The position numbers and the translations under genes were made by a program. Below, piece after piece: positions 24,458-36,405 of a stretch of 64,000 bases of DNA (position 1 is the stretch's first letter; each line of letters begins with the position of its first letter). This DNA comes from the human T2T-CHM13v2.0 reference genome, Homo sapiens: NCBI RefSeq assembly GCF_009914755.1, contig NC_060929.1, one strand, 5' to 3'. Below the pieces are notes generated by a model. The model saw nothing but the letters and a program-made list of their open reading frames with translations. It was not told the origin of the DNA and made no database searches.

Positions 24458-24757
24458 AGCCCACCACAGTGGCTCACAGCTGTAATCTCAGCACTTTGGG
24501 AGGTCAAGGTGGAAGGATTGCTTGAGCTCAGGAGTTTGAGACCAGTCTGTGCAACATAGTAAGAGCCCATCTCTACAAACAATGAAAAAATTAGGCAGGC
24601 ATGGTGGTGTGCACCTGTGGTCTCAGATGCTTGGGAGGCTGAGGTGGGCAGATTGCATGGGCCCAGGAGGTCAAAGCTGCAGTAGGCTGTGATTGTCCCA
24701 CTGCACTCCAGCCTGGGTGACCTTGTCTCAAAAATAAAATAAATTAAAAAAAAAATA
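24458..24757 (+). mobile_element. AluJ (Jo/Jr-like)
   Basis: GGATTGCTTGAGCTCAGGAGTTTGAG, GGAGGTCAAAGCTGCAGT; small 3' deletion; AAAA(A/T)AACT flanks. Confidence 0.92.
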
Positions 24758-26024
24758 AGAAAATAACTGAAAAAACATATTCTGCAGTGAATTAAAATAG
24801 AATCTTCTAATGAATGGCCGAGTCACTAGTTTAGATAGGATTCTACTATCACATATAATTGAAAATGCTGATGTATATCACAAACTTCAAATTTTTGTCT
24901 GAAATAATTAATTAATGGATGTTATTTTTAGAGTACTTCTAGGCATATTGAAAATTAAGGTCCAGAGTTCCTATATCTTTCCTCCCCCTTCCTCAGAGTT
25001 TCCCATATAATTAACATCTTGTGTGGGTGTAGTATATTTTTAATAATTAGTGAGAGACCAAATATTGATACACTGTTATTATCTAAAGCTTATATTTTAC
25101 ATTTAGATTCACTTTTTGTTTTGTACAGTCTGTGGGTTTTGAAAAACAAATTATGTCAGTATCCACTATTAGAATATTATTTTCTCCAAATTTGTGGCTT
25201 GTCTTTTCTGTCTCTTAACAGTATCTTTCACAAAGCAAATAATAATTTTAATGAAGTCAAAAGTACCATTTTTTTTTCTTTCATGTATGGTGCTTCTAGT
25301 TTGGCATCTAAAATTCATCACCAAGCCAAGGTCATCTAGAATTTCTCCTATGTTATATTTCAGAAGTTTTTGAGTCTCATATCTCACATTTAGGTCTTAG
25401 ATTCATTTTGAGTTAATTTTTGAGAAAGGAGTAAGGCCAATGCTAAATGTTTCTTTTGAAGGGAGTACAACTTTTTTGAGCGGAGGCATGTGATGTTTAG
25501 TTGTTTATTTAAAAGAAATTTATTAAAAATAACATCTTTTTGCCATTGAATATCCTTCTTCTTTGTCAAAGATCAGTTGACTATTATTTGTGGGGATCTG
25601 TTTTTAGGCTCTCTATTCCATGATGCATGATTTATTTTTCTATTCTTTATCTAATATCACACTATAATAATCATAAGTTAATAATGATTCTTGAGGTTAG
25701 GTAGTGTTAGGCTGACTTTCTTATTCTTCTTCAGTATTGTATCACCTCTTCTGGTACTTTTGCCTTTCTATAAAAATTTCAGAATCAATTCGTCTATATT
25801 CATAAATTAACTTGCTGTGATTTGGTCAGGACTGCATTGAATTTATAGACGAGGTTGGAAAGATCTGGCATTGAGATTTTCTATCAATGAACATAAAATG
25901 CCTCTCCATTTATTTAGTTCTTTGATTTCTGTCATTGGTGTTTTGTAGATTTTCTCAAATAAATATTGAATTTTCTCAAATAAATCAGCTTGAATTTTTT
26001 TTCCTGAGTCTTTCAATTTTGGAG

Positions 26025-26025
<1 letters not shown>

Positions 26026-26074
<49 letters not shown>

Positions 26075-26328
26075 AGAGGTAGGTCTAGCTTGGTCACCCA
26101 GGCTAGAGTACAGTGGCATCATTATAGCTCACTGCAACCTGGAAATCTTGGGCTCAAGTGATTCTCCCACCTCAGACTCCCAGTTAGCTAGGACTACAGG
26201 CATGTGCCACCATGTCTGGCTAATTTTTAAAAATTTTTTCTAGAGATGAAGTCTTCCTATGTTGCCAGGCTTGTCTCAAAATCCTGTCCTCAGGCAATCC
26301 TCTTGTCTTGGCCTCCCAAAGCACTGGG
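26026..26328 (-). mobile_element. AluJ with (TTA)16 tail (26026-26073), slightly 5'-truncated
   Basis: ATTATAGCTCACTGCAACC...GGGCTCAAGTGATTCTCCCACCTCAG; J-type diagnostics. Confidence 0.92.
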
Positions 26329-27310
26329 TAGAGCTCATTTAATAGTAGTGTGTCTTAATTTCAAATGAAAATTGCTCATTGCTGGCAAGTAGCTGATTTT
26401 TGTTTGTTTGTTGTTTTCTTTAATAATTTAAACTTTTATTTTAGATTCAGGGGATACACGTGCAGATTTATTACATGGGTATATTTGCATGATGCTGAGG
26501 TTTGGGGTATGATTGATCTGATCACAAGGTACTGAGCATATTACCCAATAGTTAGTTTTTAACCCTTGAATCACCCTTTCCCTACCTCTCCTGTCTAGTA
26601 GTCTCCAGTGTCTATTGTTGTCGTCTTTATGTCCACGAGTGCCCAATGTTTAGCTCCCACTTATAAGTGAGAGTATGTGGTATGTGATTTTTTGTTCCCA
26701 CATTAATTTTCTTAGAATAATAGTCTCCAACTGCAACCATGCTGCTGCAAAAGACATTATTTCATCCTTTTTTAGGGTGGTGTAGCATTCCATGCTATAT
26801 ATAAACTACATATTCTTTATTTAATATACCTTTGATAGGCACCTTTTTTGATTCCATGTCTTTGCTATCATGAAAAATGCTGTGATGAACATGCCAGTGG
26901 ATATGTCTTTTCTGTAGAGCAGTGTATATTATTTTGTATATATACTCAGTAATGGGATTGCAGGTCAAATTGTTGTTCTGTTTTAAGTTCTTTGAGAAAC
27001 CTCCAAACTGCTTTCTACTGTGGCTGAACTTATTTACATTCCCACCAACAGTGTATAAATGTTCCCTTTTCTCTGCAGCCTCACCAGCATCTTTTTTAAA
27101 AAAAGACTATTTAATAATAGCCATTCTGACTGGTTTGAGATGGTATCTCATTGTCGTTTTGATTTGCATTTCTCTGATGATTAGTCATGTGGAGCTTTTT
27201 TTCATGTTTTTTGGCCACTTGTATATCTTCTTTTGAGAAATGTCTGTTCATGTCTTTTGCTTTTTTTTTGAAATTTTAGAATTCCTTTATTGAAAGATGC
27301 TTGCTGATCA

Positions 27311-27924
27311 ATATTTGCAAATCATATATCTGATAAGGAAACTGTATCTAGAATATATAAGAACTCTTACAACTCAATAATAAAAGGACAAACAGAACAA
27401 TTTTAAAATGTACAAAGAATTTGAATAGACATTTTCCCAAGGAAGATACACAAATGGCTAACAAGAACATGACATGATGCTCAGCATCATTAGTCATCAG
27501 GGAAAAGAAAATCAAAACCACAGTGACACACCACCTCATTCCCACCAGGATAGCTATAACCACAATGTCAGACAATAACAAGTGTTATCAACGGTGTGGA
27601 GCAATTGGAACCCCCATATATTTTTGGTTAGAATGTAAAATGGTGCAGACACTGTGGAAGGCAGACTGGAAGTTCCTTAAATAGTTAAACACATAGTTAT
27701 AAGATAAACCAGTAATTCTACTTCTGGGAATATACCCAAAGGAATTCAAAGGAGGGACTCAAACAAATATTTGTACACCACTGTTCAGAGCAGCATTATA
27801 TAAAATAACCAAAAGTTGGAAACAACCCAAATGTCTATCAACTGATAAATGGATAAAATAGTATGGCACATTCACACAATGGAATATTATTTGGCCACAA
27901 AAAGGAATAAAGTACTGATTCATG

Positions 27925-27925
<1 letters not shown>
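27311..27925 (+). mobile_element. L1MB-type ORF2 C-terminal/3' fragment inside the putative transduced segment
   Basis: ATATTTGCAAATCATATATCTGATAAGG...GGGACTCAAACAAATATTTGTACACC...AAAGTACTGATTCATG; L1MB-like diagnostics. Confidence 0.85.

Positions 27926-27971
<46 letters not shown>
27926..27971. repeat. (CA)23 microsatellite
   Basis: Perfect run read directly. Confidence 0.97.
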
Positions 27972-27973
<2 letters not shown>

Positions 27974-27974
27974 G

Positions 27975-28477
27975 GCTTTTAGTTTCAGGGGTACCTGTGC
28001 AGGTTTGTTATATAGGTAAATTTCATGACTCATGGGTTTAGTGTACAGATTATTTCAGATTATTTCATTACCAGGTAATAAGCATGGTACCTCACAGGTA
28101 GTTTTTCAATCCTCACCCTCCCCACTACCTTCTTCAAGTAGCCCCTGGTGTCTATTTTTCTCTTTTTGGCCTCCACGTGTAATCAGTGTTTAGCTCTCAC
28201 TTGTAAGTGAGAACATAAGGTATTTGGTTTCCTGTTCCTGCATTAGTTCACTTAGTCTAATGGCCCTCCAGCTCCATCCATGTTGCTGCAAAGGACACAA
28301 CTTCATTCTTTTTTATAGCAGCATAGTATTCCATGGTGTATATGTGCCAAATTTTCTTTATCCAATCCACTGTTGATGGGCATTTATGTTGACTCCATGT
28401 CTTTGCCATTGTGAATAGTGCTGTGATTAACATAATGTGAATGTGCTTAATGTGAATGGGCATGTGTCTTTCTGGTA
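27975..28477 (-). mobile_element. L1PA13-15-like 3' UTR (~500 bp) lacking its own poly(A) signal and tail
   Basis: CAGGGGTACCTGTGCAGGTTTGTTATATAGGTAAA...GTGTACAGATTATTTC...CAGGTAATAAGCATGG; a second, distinct L1PA 3' end. Confidence 0.88.
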
Positions 28478-29875
28478 TCTTTTGCTCTTTATTAAAATGA
28501 AGTTATTTGTTGTTTGCTTGTTCAATTGTTATGTATCTTATAGATTCTGGATATTAGTCCTTTGTCAGATGCATAGTTTGCAAATGTTTTCTCCCATTCT
28601 GTAGGATAGTCTGTTTACTCTGTTGATAGTTTCTTTTGCTGTGTGTAAGCTCTTTTGTTTATTATGTCTCATTTGTCTTTTTGTGTTTTCTTCCGAGGAC
28701 TTAGTCATAAAATATTTCCCAAGGATGATCTCCAGAATGGTGTTTCCTAGGTTTTCTTCTAGGATTCTTATAGCATGAAGTCTTACATTTATATCTTTAA
28801 TTCCATCTTGAGTTAATTTTTACTCACGGTGAAAGATAGTGGTCTAGTTTCATTCTTCTGCATATCTCTAGTCAGCTCTCCTAGCACAATTTGTTGACTA
28901 GGGAGTTTTTTCCTCATTGCCTATTTTTGTGGATGTTGTAAAAGATCAAGTGGCTGTAGGTATGTGACTTTATTTCTAGGTTCTCTCTTCTGTTCCGTTG
29001 GTTGATGTTATGTTTCTGTACTAGTACCATGCTATTTTTGTTATTGTAGTATTATAATATTGTTTGAAGTCAGATCACATGATGCCTCTGGCTTGCTCTT
29101 TTTCCTTAGAATTGTTTGGGCTATTCTGGCTCTTTTTTTGGTTCCATATGAGTTTTAGAATGGTTTCTTTTATTTCTGAGAAAAATGACATTGACAGCTG
29201 ATAAGAATAGCCCTGAATAAACATCTGGGATGTTTATTCATTTGTTTGTGTAATCTCTGATATCTTTGAGTAGGTTTTTGTAGTTCTCCTTGTAGGGCTC
29301 TTTCACCTCCTTTATTAGATGCATTCCTAACTATTGTTTTTTGTAGCTATTGTACATAGGATTGCATTCTTGATTTGGCTCTCAGCTTGAATGTTGTTGT
29401 ATAGAAATACTACTTATTTTTGTACGTTGACTTTTGTGTCCTGAAACTTTTCTGAAGTCATTTATCAGTACTAGGAACCTTTGGCAGAATCTTTTTGGTT
29501 TTCTAGGTACAGAATCATATTGTCAGTGAAGAAAGTTAGTTTGACTTATTTTTCTATTTGGATACCTTTTATTTCTTTCTTTTGCCTGATTGCTCAGGAT
29601 AGGACTTCCAACTTTCATATATTAATCTTTATTCTTCAACCATGCTATAATAGCTTATTAAATCCAACAGTTTTCTTCTGTTAATTCTTTGGGATATTCT
29701 ACACAGCAATCATCATGTCATTTGTGAACAAAGACAGTTTTATTTCTACTTTCCCAATCTGTCTATCTTTATTTCCCCTTTTAAACATTTTATTTTACTT
29801 TTTTTGTTGATGTTGTCTTAGTATTGGCTACAATTTCCAATATGATGTGAATAGGAGTGGTCAGAGGTGACTTCC

Positions 29876-30163
29876 TTATCCTGTTCCTGATCTTAAGGGA
29901 AAAATATTCAGTTTCTCACCTTTAGGTATGATGCCAGCTGCAGGTTTTATGTAGGTGTTCTTTATGAAGTTGAGTAACTTTCTCTCTATTCCTAGGTTGC
30001 TGACAATTTTTATTGTGAATAGGTGCTGTATTTTGTCAAGTGCTTTTTTTGCATCTATTGATATGATCATATAATTTTTCTTCTTTAGTGCATTGATGTT
30101 ATGGATTATATTACTGGATTTTTGCATGTTGAACCAGCCTTGCATACATGAAATAAATCCCAC
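29876..30163 (-). pseudogene. L1 ORF2 reverse transcriptase remnant
   Basis: GFISCMQGWFN...NYMIISIDAKKALDKIQH aligns to L1 ORF2p GFIPGMQGWFN...NHMIISIDAEKAFDKIQ. Confidence 0.92.
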
Positions 30164-31859
30164 TTAGTTGTGGAGTATAATTCTTTTTATACATTTTTAT
30201 TTGATTTGTTAATGTTTTATTGAGAATTGTTGCATCTAAGCTCATGAGGGATATTGGTCTGTAATTTTGTTTCTTGAATGTTTTTACCTGGTTTTGCTAT
30301 TGTATTATGGTAATGTTGGCTTCATCAAGTGAGTTAGGAAGAAAGAGTTAGTTATAAGTTTCCTCTGCTTCTATTTTTTTGACATGATTGCAGAAATATG
30401 ACTTGTGTCTTGTTTGTGGAATTCACCAATAAAAACAATAGGTCCTAGCAGTTTCTATTCTGCAACAATAAGAGTTAATGATTCATTTTTTAATAATATA
30501 GTTATATTTAGATGGTCTTTTTCTCCTTGCATGCATTTAATCAATTTTATTAATCTTTTCTTTTCGAAAAAAGTTTTCAAAGAAAAAAATCTCTTTTGCT
30601 TTTCTGTTATCAATTTCATTGATTTCTGCTACTTTAAAAAAATATATTTTCCCACTTGATCTATGTTTATGTCGTTCTTTCTTTCTCTAGTTTCCTGTGG
30701 TAGAAGCTTAAGCATTGATTTTAGATTTTTTTAAATGTTCCATAATATGCGTTCAATGCCACAAATGTTTCCCTAAGTACTGTTCCCATTGTATCCATAC
30801 ATTTTCAAATATTATTTTTTAAATTTTCATTCAGTACAACTTTTTAAAATGTCTCTTGTGACTTTGCCTGTGACACATTTGGTATTAGAATTTGTGGTTT
30901 AATCTCTACATATTTTGGAAATTCCTATCTTTTTGTTATTGATTTCTAGACTAATTTCATTGCAGTCCCAGAGCATACTTTGTATGATTTTTGTTCTTTT
31001 AAATTTGTAGGTAAGTTTTATGCCAAGAATATGATCTGTTTTGATGAAGTTTTGTTTGAGTTTGAGCATAATATATATTCTGTCTGTTGCTGTATTTTAT
31101 ATACAGCAATTAGATATCATTGTTTGACGATACTATTTATTTAAACTATGTATTTGTTCATTTACTACCTGTTGAATCTTTCAATTACTAATAGGTAGTG
31201 AAATCTCCAACTATAAAAATGAGTTTATTTACTCCTCTTTGGGATTATAACAGTTTTTCCTTCATGTATTTTGATGCTCCATCTGAGATGAATGCAAATT
31301 AATGATTAGTATGTCACCTTGGAAAATCAACTCTTTTATGCAATCCACCTCTATATCCCGATAATTATCTTTGTAATATTTTGTAATTCTTGGTAATTCT
31401 CTCTAATTCTCTCTGTAAATTTCAGATACAGAGGCCACTCAATGTATCTGAAATTAATAAGCTACTCCAGCTTTTTCTACTTTTGTGTTAATATGGTGTA
31501 CCCTTCACCATAAATGTTCTTTTAATTTGTATCTTTATATTTAAAATAGATTTCTTATAGACAACATAAAGTTGGGTCCTCTTTTTTTATCCAGTCTGTC
31601 AGTCTGTATTTTAATTAGTGTATTTAGAACATTCACTTCTAATGTGATTATTGATATATACATAATTGAATAATATCTACTATATTTGTAACTCTTCAAT
31701 TGATTGCACTTAATATTTGCTTACTTTCTAAATCTTGTCCTCTTTTTCTGTCTTCTTTGGATTTAATTGAGCTTTATATATCATTTATATCATTTTATTT
31801 TTGTCTTATATCATTTGTATCATTTCATTTTTGTCTATTTTTGTTTTAAATTAATATTT

Positions 31860-31936
31860 TATATATAGTGTATATATATAGTGTGCATATGCATATATGT
31901 GTGTGTGTATATATATATATAGTGTATATATATATA

Positions 31937-32006
<70 letters not shown>
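31860..32006. repeat. Compound (TA)n/(TG)n microsatellite at the tail of an Alu monomer
   Basis: Read directly. Confidence 0.93.
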
Positions 32007-32010
<4 letters not shown>

Positions 32011-32170
32011 TCTCACTATGTTCCCTAGGCTTGTCTTGAACTCTTGGCCTCAAGTGATTCTTGCACTTCAACCTCTCAAGTAGCTGGGACTACAGGCCAC
32101 CGTACCCAGCTAATATTTTGTTTAGAAAAGAATTATTTATAGATAGGGTCTTACTATATTGTCCAGGCTA
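32007..32170 (-). mobile_element. FLAM-like Alu left monomer plus the 3' stub of a second monomer
   Basis: GTCTCACTATGTT...GAACTCTTGGCCTCAAGTGATTC...GTAGCTGGGACTACAGGC, then AGATAGGGTCTTACTATATTGTCCAGGCT. Confidence 0.75.
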
Positions 32171-32697
32171 CTTGTCTCTTAACAGGTAATTGTGTTTCCT
32201 TTTTATTTTCCTTTATTGACTATCCTAGGTTTGAAGTATGCATTTAAGACTATTTTAAGCTCACTTTCAAATAACATTATACCACTTAACAGATAATACA
32301 AGTAACTTATAACAGACTATCCCCAATTCTACCCTTTTCCTTATAACATTGCTACTATTTATTTTATGTACTCATAAGCTGTAATTACCCCACATATCCT
32401 GCCATTACTATTTTGAACCGTTATTTATTCAATTTGTTGAGTAAGAGAAAGTAAATGTTCTATTTTACTTTTATTTATGCCTTATCTAATGATTTTTGTT
32501 TTTATGTAAATCTGAGTTTATAACACATATTATTTTCCTTCTCTCTGAAGAATTTCTCTACCATTTTTTTGCAAAGCAGGTCTATTGGTAACAAATTCTC
32601 AGTTTTTATTTGTCTGAGAAAATCTTACTTTTCTTTCACTTCTGAAGAATGACTGTTGGATATGGAATTGTAGGCTGGTAGTTTGTTTCCTTTAGCA

Positions 32698-32961
32698 CTA
32701 TAAATATTTCATTCCACCATTTGCCTTGCTTGAATGTTTTATGAAAAATTCTGATGTAATTCTTCTTCTTATGTTCTGTAGGTAAAATGTGTTATTTCCT
32801 TTAAAATCTTTCAACATTTTCTCTCTGTCTTTAATTATCAGCATTTTGAGTATGATGTACTCAGGTGTGGATTTTTTGGTATTTATCCTGCTTGGTGTTT
32901 TCTGAGTTTGCTGTATATGTGGCATAGAGTCTATCATCAATTTAGAGAAATTTTCATTCAT
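32698..32961 (-). pseudogene. L1 ORF1p remnant
   Basis: ENFSKL...IQQTQKTPSRINTKKSTPEYIILK...DREKMLK resembles ORF1p ENFPNL...IQEIQRTP...TPRHII...EKML. Confidence 0.85.
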
Positions 32962-33340
32962 ATTGCTTTACTACTTCTTTCCGTTTTTCTCCTTCTTTTG
33001 GTAGTTCCATTACACATGTTACATCTTTTATAATTGTTCCATAGTTCTTGGATATTATGTTGTTGTTGTTGTTTACCCTTGTTATTTTCCTTTTTACATT
33101 TCAGTTTGCAATGTTTCTATTGACATATCTGCAAGCTTACTGATTCTTTCCTTGTCCGTGTACAGTCTACTGGTAAGCTGATCAAAAACATTCTTCATTT
33201 TTGATACATTATTTCTATTTTTTCAATTTCCTTTGATTCTTTATTAGTGTTTTTCTTCCACTTATTAGATTACCATGTGTTCTTGCATGTTATCTACCTT
33301 TTGCATGACAGACCTAAGCATATTAATCATAGTTATCTTA

Positions 33341-33643
33341 TTTTATTTATTTTTTTGAGACAGAGTCTCACTGTGCCTCCCAGGCTAGGGTGCAGTGGCA
33401 TGATCTTGGCTCACTGCTACCTCCTTCTCCTGGGTTCAAGAGATTCTCATGCTTCAGCCTCCTGAGTAGCTGGGACTACAGGCACGCACCATCATGCCCA
33501 GCCAGTTTTTTTTTTGTATTTTTAGTAGAGAAGGGGTTTCCCCATGTTGGTCAGGCTGGTCTCGAACTCCTGACTTCAAATGATCTGCCCACCTTGGCCT
33601 CCCAAAGTGCTGGGATTACAGGCTTGAGGCTCCATGGCCAGCC
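33341..33643 (-). mobile_element. AluS (Sz/Sx-like), full length
   Basis: Two monomers; degenerate TSD AATCATAGTTATCTTA (33325-33340) vs AATTATAGTCATTTTA (33644-33659). Confidence 0.94.
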
Positions 33644-34984
33644 AATTATAGTCATTTTAAATTTCTATCTGATTACTCCAATATTTTTGCCATATGCAAG
33701 TCTAATTTTATATTTACTTTGTTTATTTAGATAGCGGTTTCTTTCTTGCCTTTTAGCATAACCTTTTTGAATGCTGGACATGACATTTTGGGTAAGAGGA
33801 ACTTGAAGTCCATAGGTCTTTACTGTGAGATTTTTTAATTTATTTATTTGAATGGAATTTAGGCCTAGTTCAATGTGTGCGTCAGCTGTAGGTGTCAAGG
33901 GCTTCCACTTCTTCTAGTGTCCTTGTTTTGTCTCTGCTATTGACTTTGGGCTCCCCTAGAAACTCCTTAAATGGAATGTGTATCTGGCAGCTCTCTAAGT
34001 TGTTATTTACTGTTACTCAGTATATGAAGCTCTGTTGATGTGGTGGTAAGATACCAGGAAAGGAAAACATTCTATAATCTATGCTATTTATTTATTACTG
34101 GTGAGTCATAGTTCTTGTGCTGTGACTTTCATAATAGTTTCTTAGTTTTTTTTTTTCCCTCTCCTTGTGTAAAACAGGAGAGATAAAAGTTCACTAATTG
34201 ATCTTTTCCAGGTTAAATATGGCATTCTGAATGTAGTTCTTTGAGAGTTAGCCTTTATTAAAATAAATAAATAAATAAAAAGAACACATGCTCTGGATGT
34301 ATTTCAAAACGATGACTTTTCTTCTTTGCATATGTTACAATGGTTACCTTTTCCCATCTTCTTACAAAAAGTGTGATCAGATTTTTCTCAGATACTCACA
34401 GTGAGAACCTGATGGGGGTCCTGATAGTAAAACTCGTGAACGTGTGGGAACTACCTAGGACTGCACCCTCCGTAGTTTTTAACTCTCAAGTTAGTTCATA
34501 GTGAGCCTCCAGCAACTCATTAATCAGGGTGTTGGTATTCATGGTTGTATTGGTTCTGTCATTGGGCTTCTGCTCCTGGCAAGGTGTGATTCTCTATTTC
34601 TGCTTCTTTTTCAATTTTTCAGGTCATCAGTTTGCACTGACACTCCAATTCTCTGATGAATCTAAGAATAGTTGTTCCTTTTCAGTGTGTTTAGATTTTT
34701 TTCTTGTTGTAACAGGGGAGTGATGACTTCCAAGCCCTGCAAAAATCAAGAATCTAGAAGTTTGACAGACAATGATTACTCTTTTTAAGGGAAATCTAAA
34801 TAAAGCAAGTGGTTTTGATGGTTTAAATTAAATGCCATAATTTCCATCATAATAAAGAGTTTCTTTTAATAAAAGGGGAAATATCCTGACTTAGCTAACA
34901 GCCTTATTGACTTTCATCATCATTTCTCAAGCTCCAGTTAAGGGTATAAAGTTCAATTATATAAATATTAAAAATAACAGTTAA

Positions 34985-35220
34985 AGAATATTAATGAATT
35001 GGTTTCTATGTGCCTGCTTTTGTAATAAGAACTTTGCATTCAGCACTTTACTAAGTCCACACAGCAGTTCTGAAAGATGTTAACAGCATCCTTAATTTTC
35101 AGGTGAGAAGAAAAGCCATACAGAGTTTACATTATTTAATGAAGGTCTCACAGGTCAGAGGTAATACAGATAGAGTTTGCATTAGATGAATCTTACTTCA
35201 AAGCCAGCTGTCTGATAATG
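34985..35220 (-). mobile_element. MIR
   Basis: CTATGTGCC...CATCCTTAATTTTCAGGTGAGAAGAAAAGCCATACAGAG...AAGGTCTCACAG...CTTCAAAGCC. Confidence 0.7.
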
Positions 35221-35327
35221 CCTTTATGCCTTTTAAGTTTTATTTCCTCAATGTAAGATCAATCTATTGTTTACCTATTGATAAAGTTTGCTACATATAT
35301 ATATATAGATAGATAGATATAAAATTA

Positions 35328-35593
35328 TAAATGAAACTAAGAAATATCCTGGGTGAAAGAAGCCAGGCAGAATAGACTACATACTTTATGGATTCATTTG
35401 TATGAGATTCTAGTTGGTAGTACCAGAAAGCGGATCAATGTTTACCTGGGCTGGTGAATGCAAGGATTGATAGAAAAGGGGATTTATTGAGGTTATACAA
35501 GAGAGTAATCTCCCATAGTTCATTGAAACTATATACTCACATTTTGGGCATTTTGTTATTTGTAAATTATACCATGATACAGCTAAATAAAAT
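35328..35593 (+). mobile_element. L1ME 3' UTR fragment
   Basis: GGGTGAAAGAAGCCAGGC...GATTCATTTGTATGAGATTCTAG...TGTAAATTATACC. Confidence 0.7.
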
Positions 35594-35664
35594 GTGATAA
35601 TGAAAAATCTAAAGAAACATTACATAGATATTAGGCATATGAAAAGATACTCCACTTTACTAGG

Positions 35665-36046
35665 TGTGTTAGTCTGTTTTGCATTGCTATAAAGAAATAC
35701 CAGAGAGTGAGTAATTTATAAGAAATGAGATTTGTATTGTCTTTTGGTTCTTCAGAATATATCACAAGCATCTGCTTGTGGAAAGGCCTCAAGAAACTTT
35801 TAGTCATGGAGAAAGGGAATAGTAGCCAACTAGTCATATGGTGAGAGAGCGAGCTAAGAGAGAGGAGGGAAGTCCCAGTCTTTTTAACAATCAGATCTCC
35901 TGTGATCTCATTACTGCAGGGAGGGCACCAAGCCATTCATGAGGGATCCACCCTCGTGACCTGAAAACCTCCCACTGGGCTCCACCTCCAACATTGGAGA
36001 GATTTCAACATGACATTTGGGGAGGACAAATATCCAAAGTATATTA
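35665..36046 (-). mobile_element. MSTB-type MaLR solo LTR inserted in an old L1ME fragment (35610-36205)
   Basis: TGTGTTAGTCTGTTTTGCATTGCTATAAAGAAATACC...GGGCACCAAGCCATTCATGAGGGATCCACCC...GACAAATATCCAAA. Confidence 0.88.
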
Positions 36047-36234
36047 TTCGTATTTAGAAAAATACAATAGTGTACCATAACCAAATTGGCAAAGATTAAA
36101 ATGTCTGAAAATAGCGATTGTGCACATGAATATGGATATCATAAACTCACATACTTGGCTCATGGGGAAGTTAATTGGTTCAATAGCTGTAGGCAATAGT
36201 TGATAGGATTTGGACAAGCCACACCCACAAGGTC

Positions 36235-36405
36235 ACATGCAGTCAACCTGCTGGGTTCAAACCCCACTCATTTACTTAATATAAGCTCTTGCCTTAATTT
36301 ATTTGCAAACTGAGGATAATCATTAAAGCTATTTCTTGACAATCTTATGGGCACTAGGTTAGCTAATATATGTAGTATCTGTAAAGTGCTTAATACAATG
36401 CCTGG
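36235..36405 (+). mobile_element. MIR
   Basis: CTGGGTTCAAACCCC...GGATAATCATT...TGTAAAGTGCTTAATACAATGCCTGG. Confidence 0.7.

Larger units (their letters stand above)
26400..29610 (-). mobile_element. L1PA16-like 5'-truncated element, itself interrupted at 27261-28477
   Basis: 3' UTR ATGGGTATATTTGCATGATGCTGAGGTTTGGGGTATGATTGATC; ORF2 C-terminal sequence is continuous across the 27260/28478 junction. Confidence 0.88.
24915..34762 (-). mobile_element. Ancient near full-length L1M (L1MC/MD-like) hosting nested younger insertions
   Basis: 3' UTR at 24915-25170, ORF2 remnants at 25170-26400 and 29610-31860, ORF1 remnant at ~32700-32960, 5' end motif GAGTGATGACTTCCAAG...AGAAGT near 34720-34762. Confidence 0.85.
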
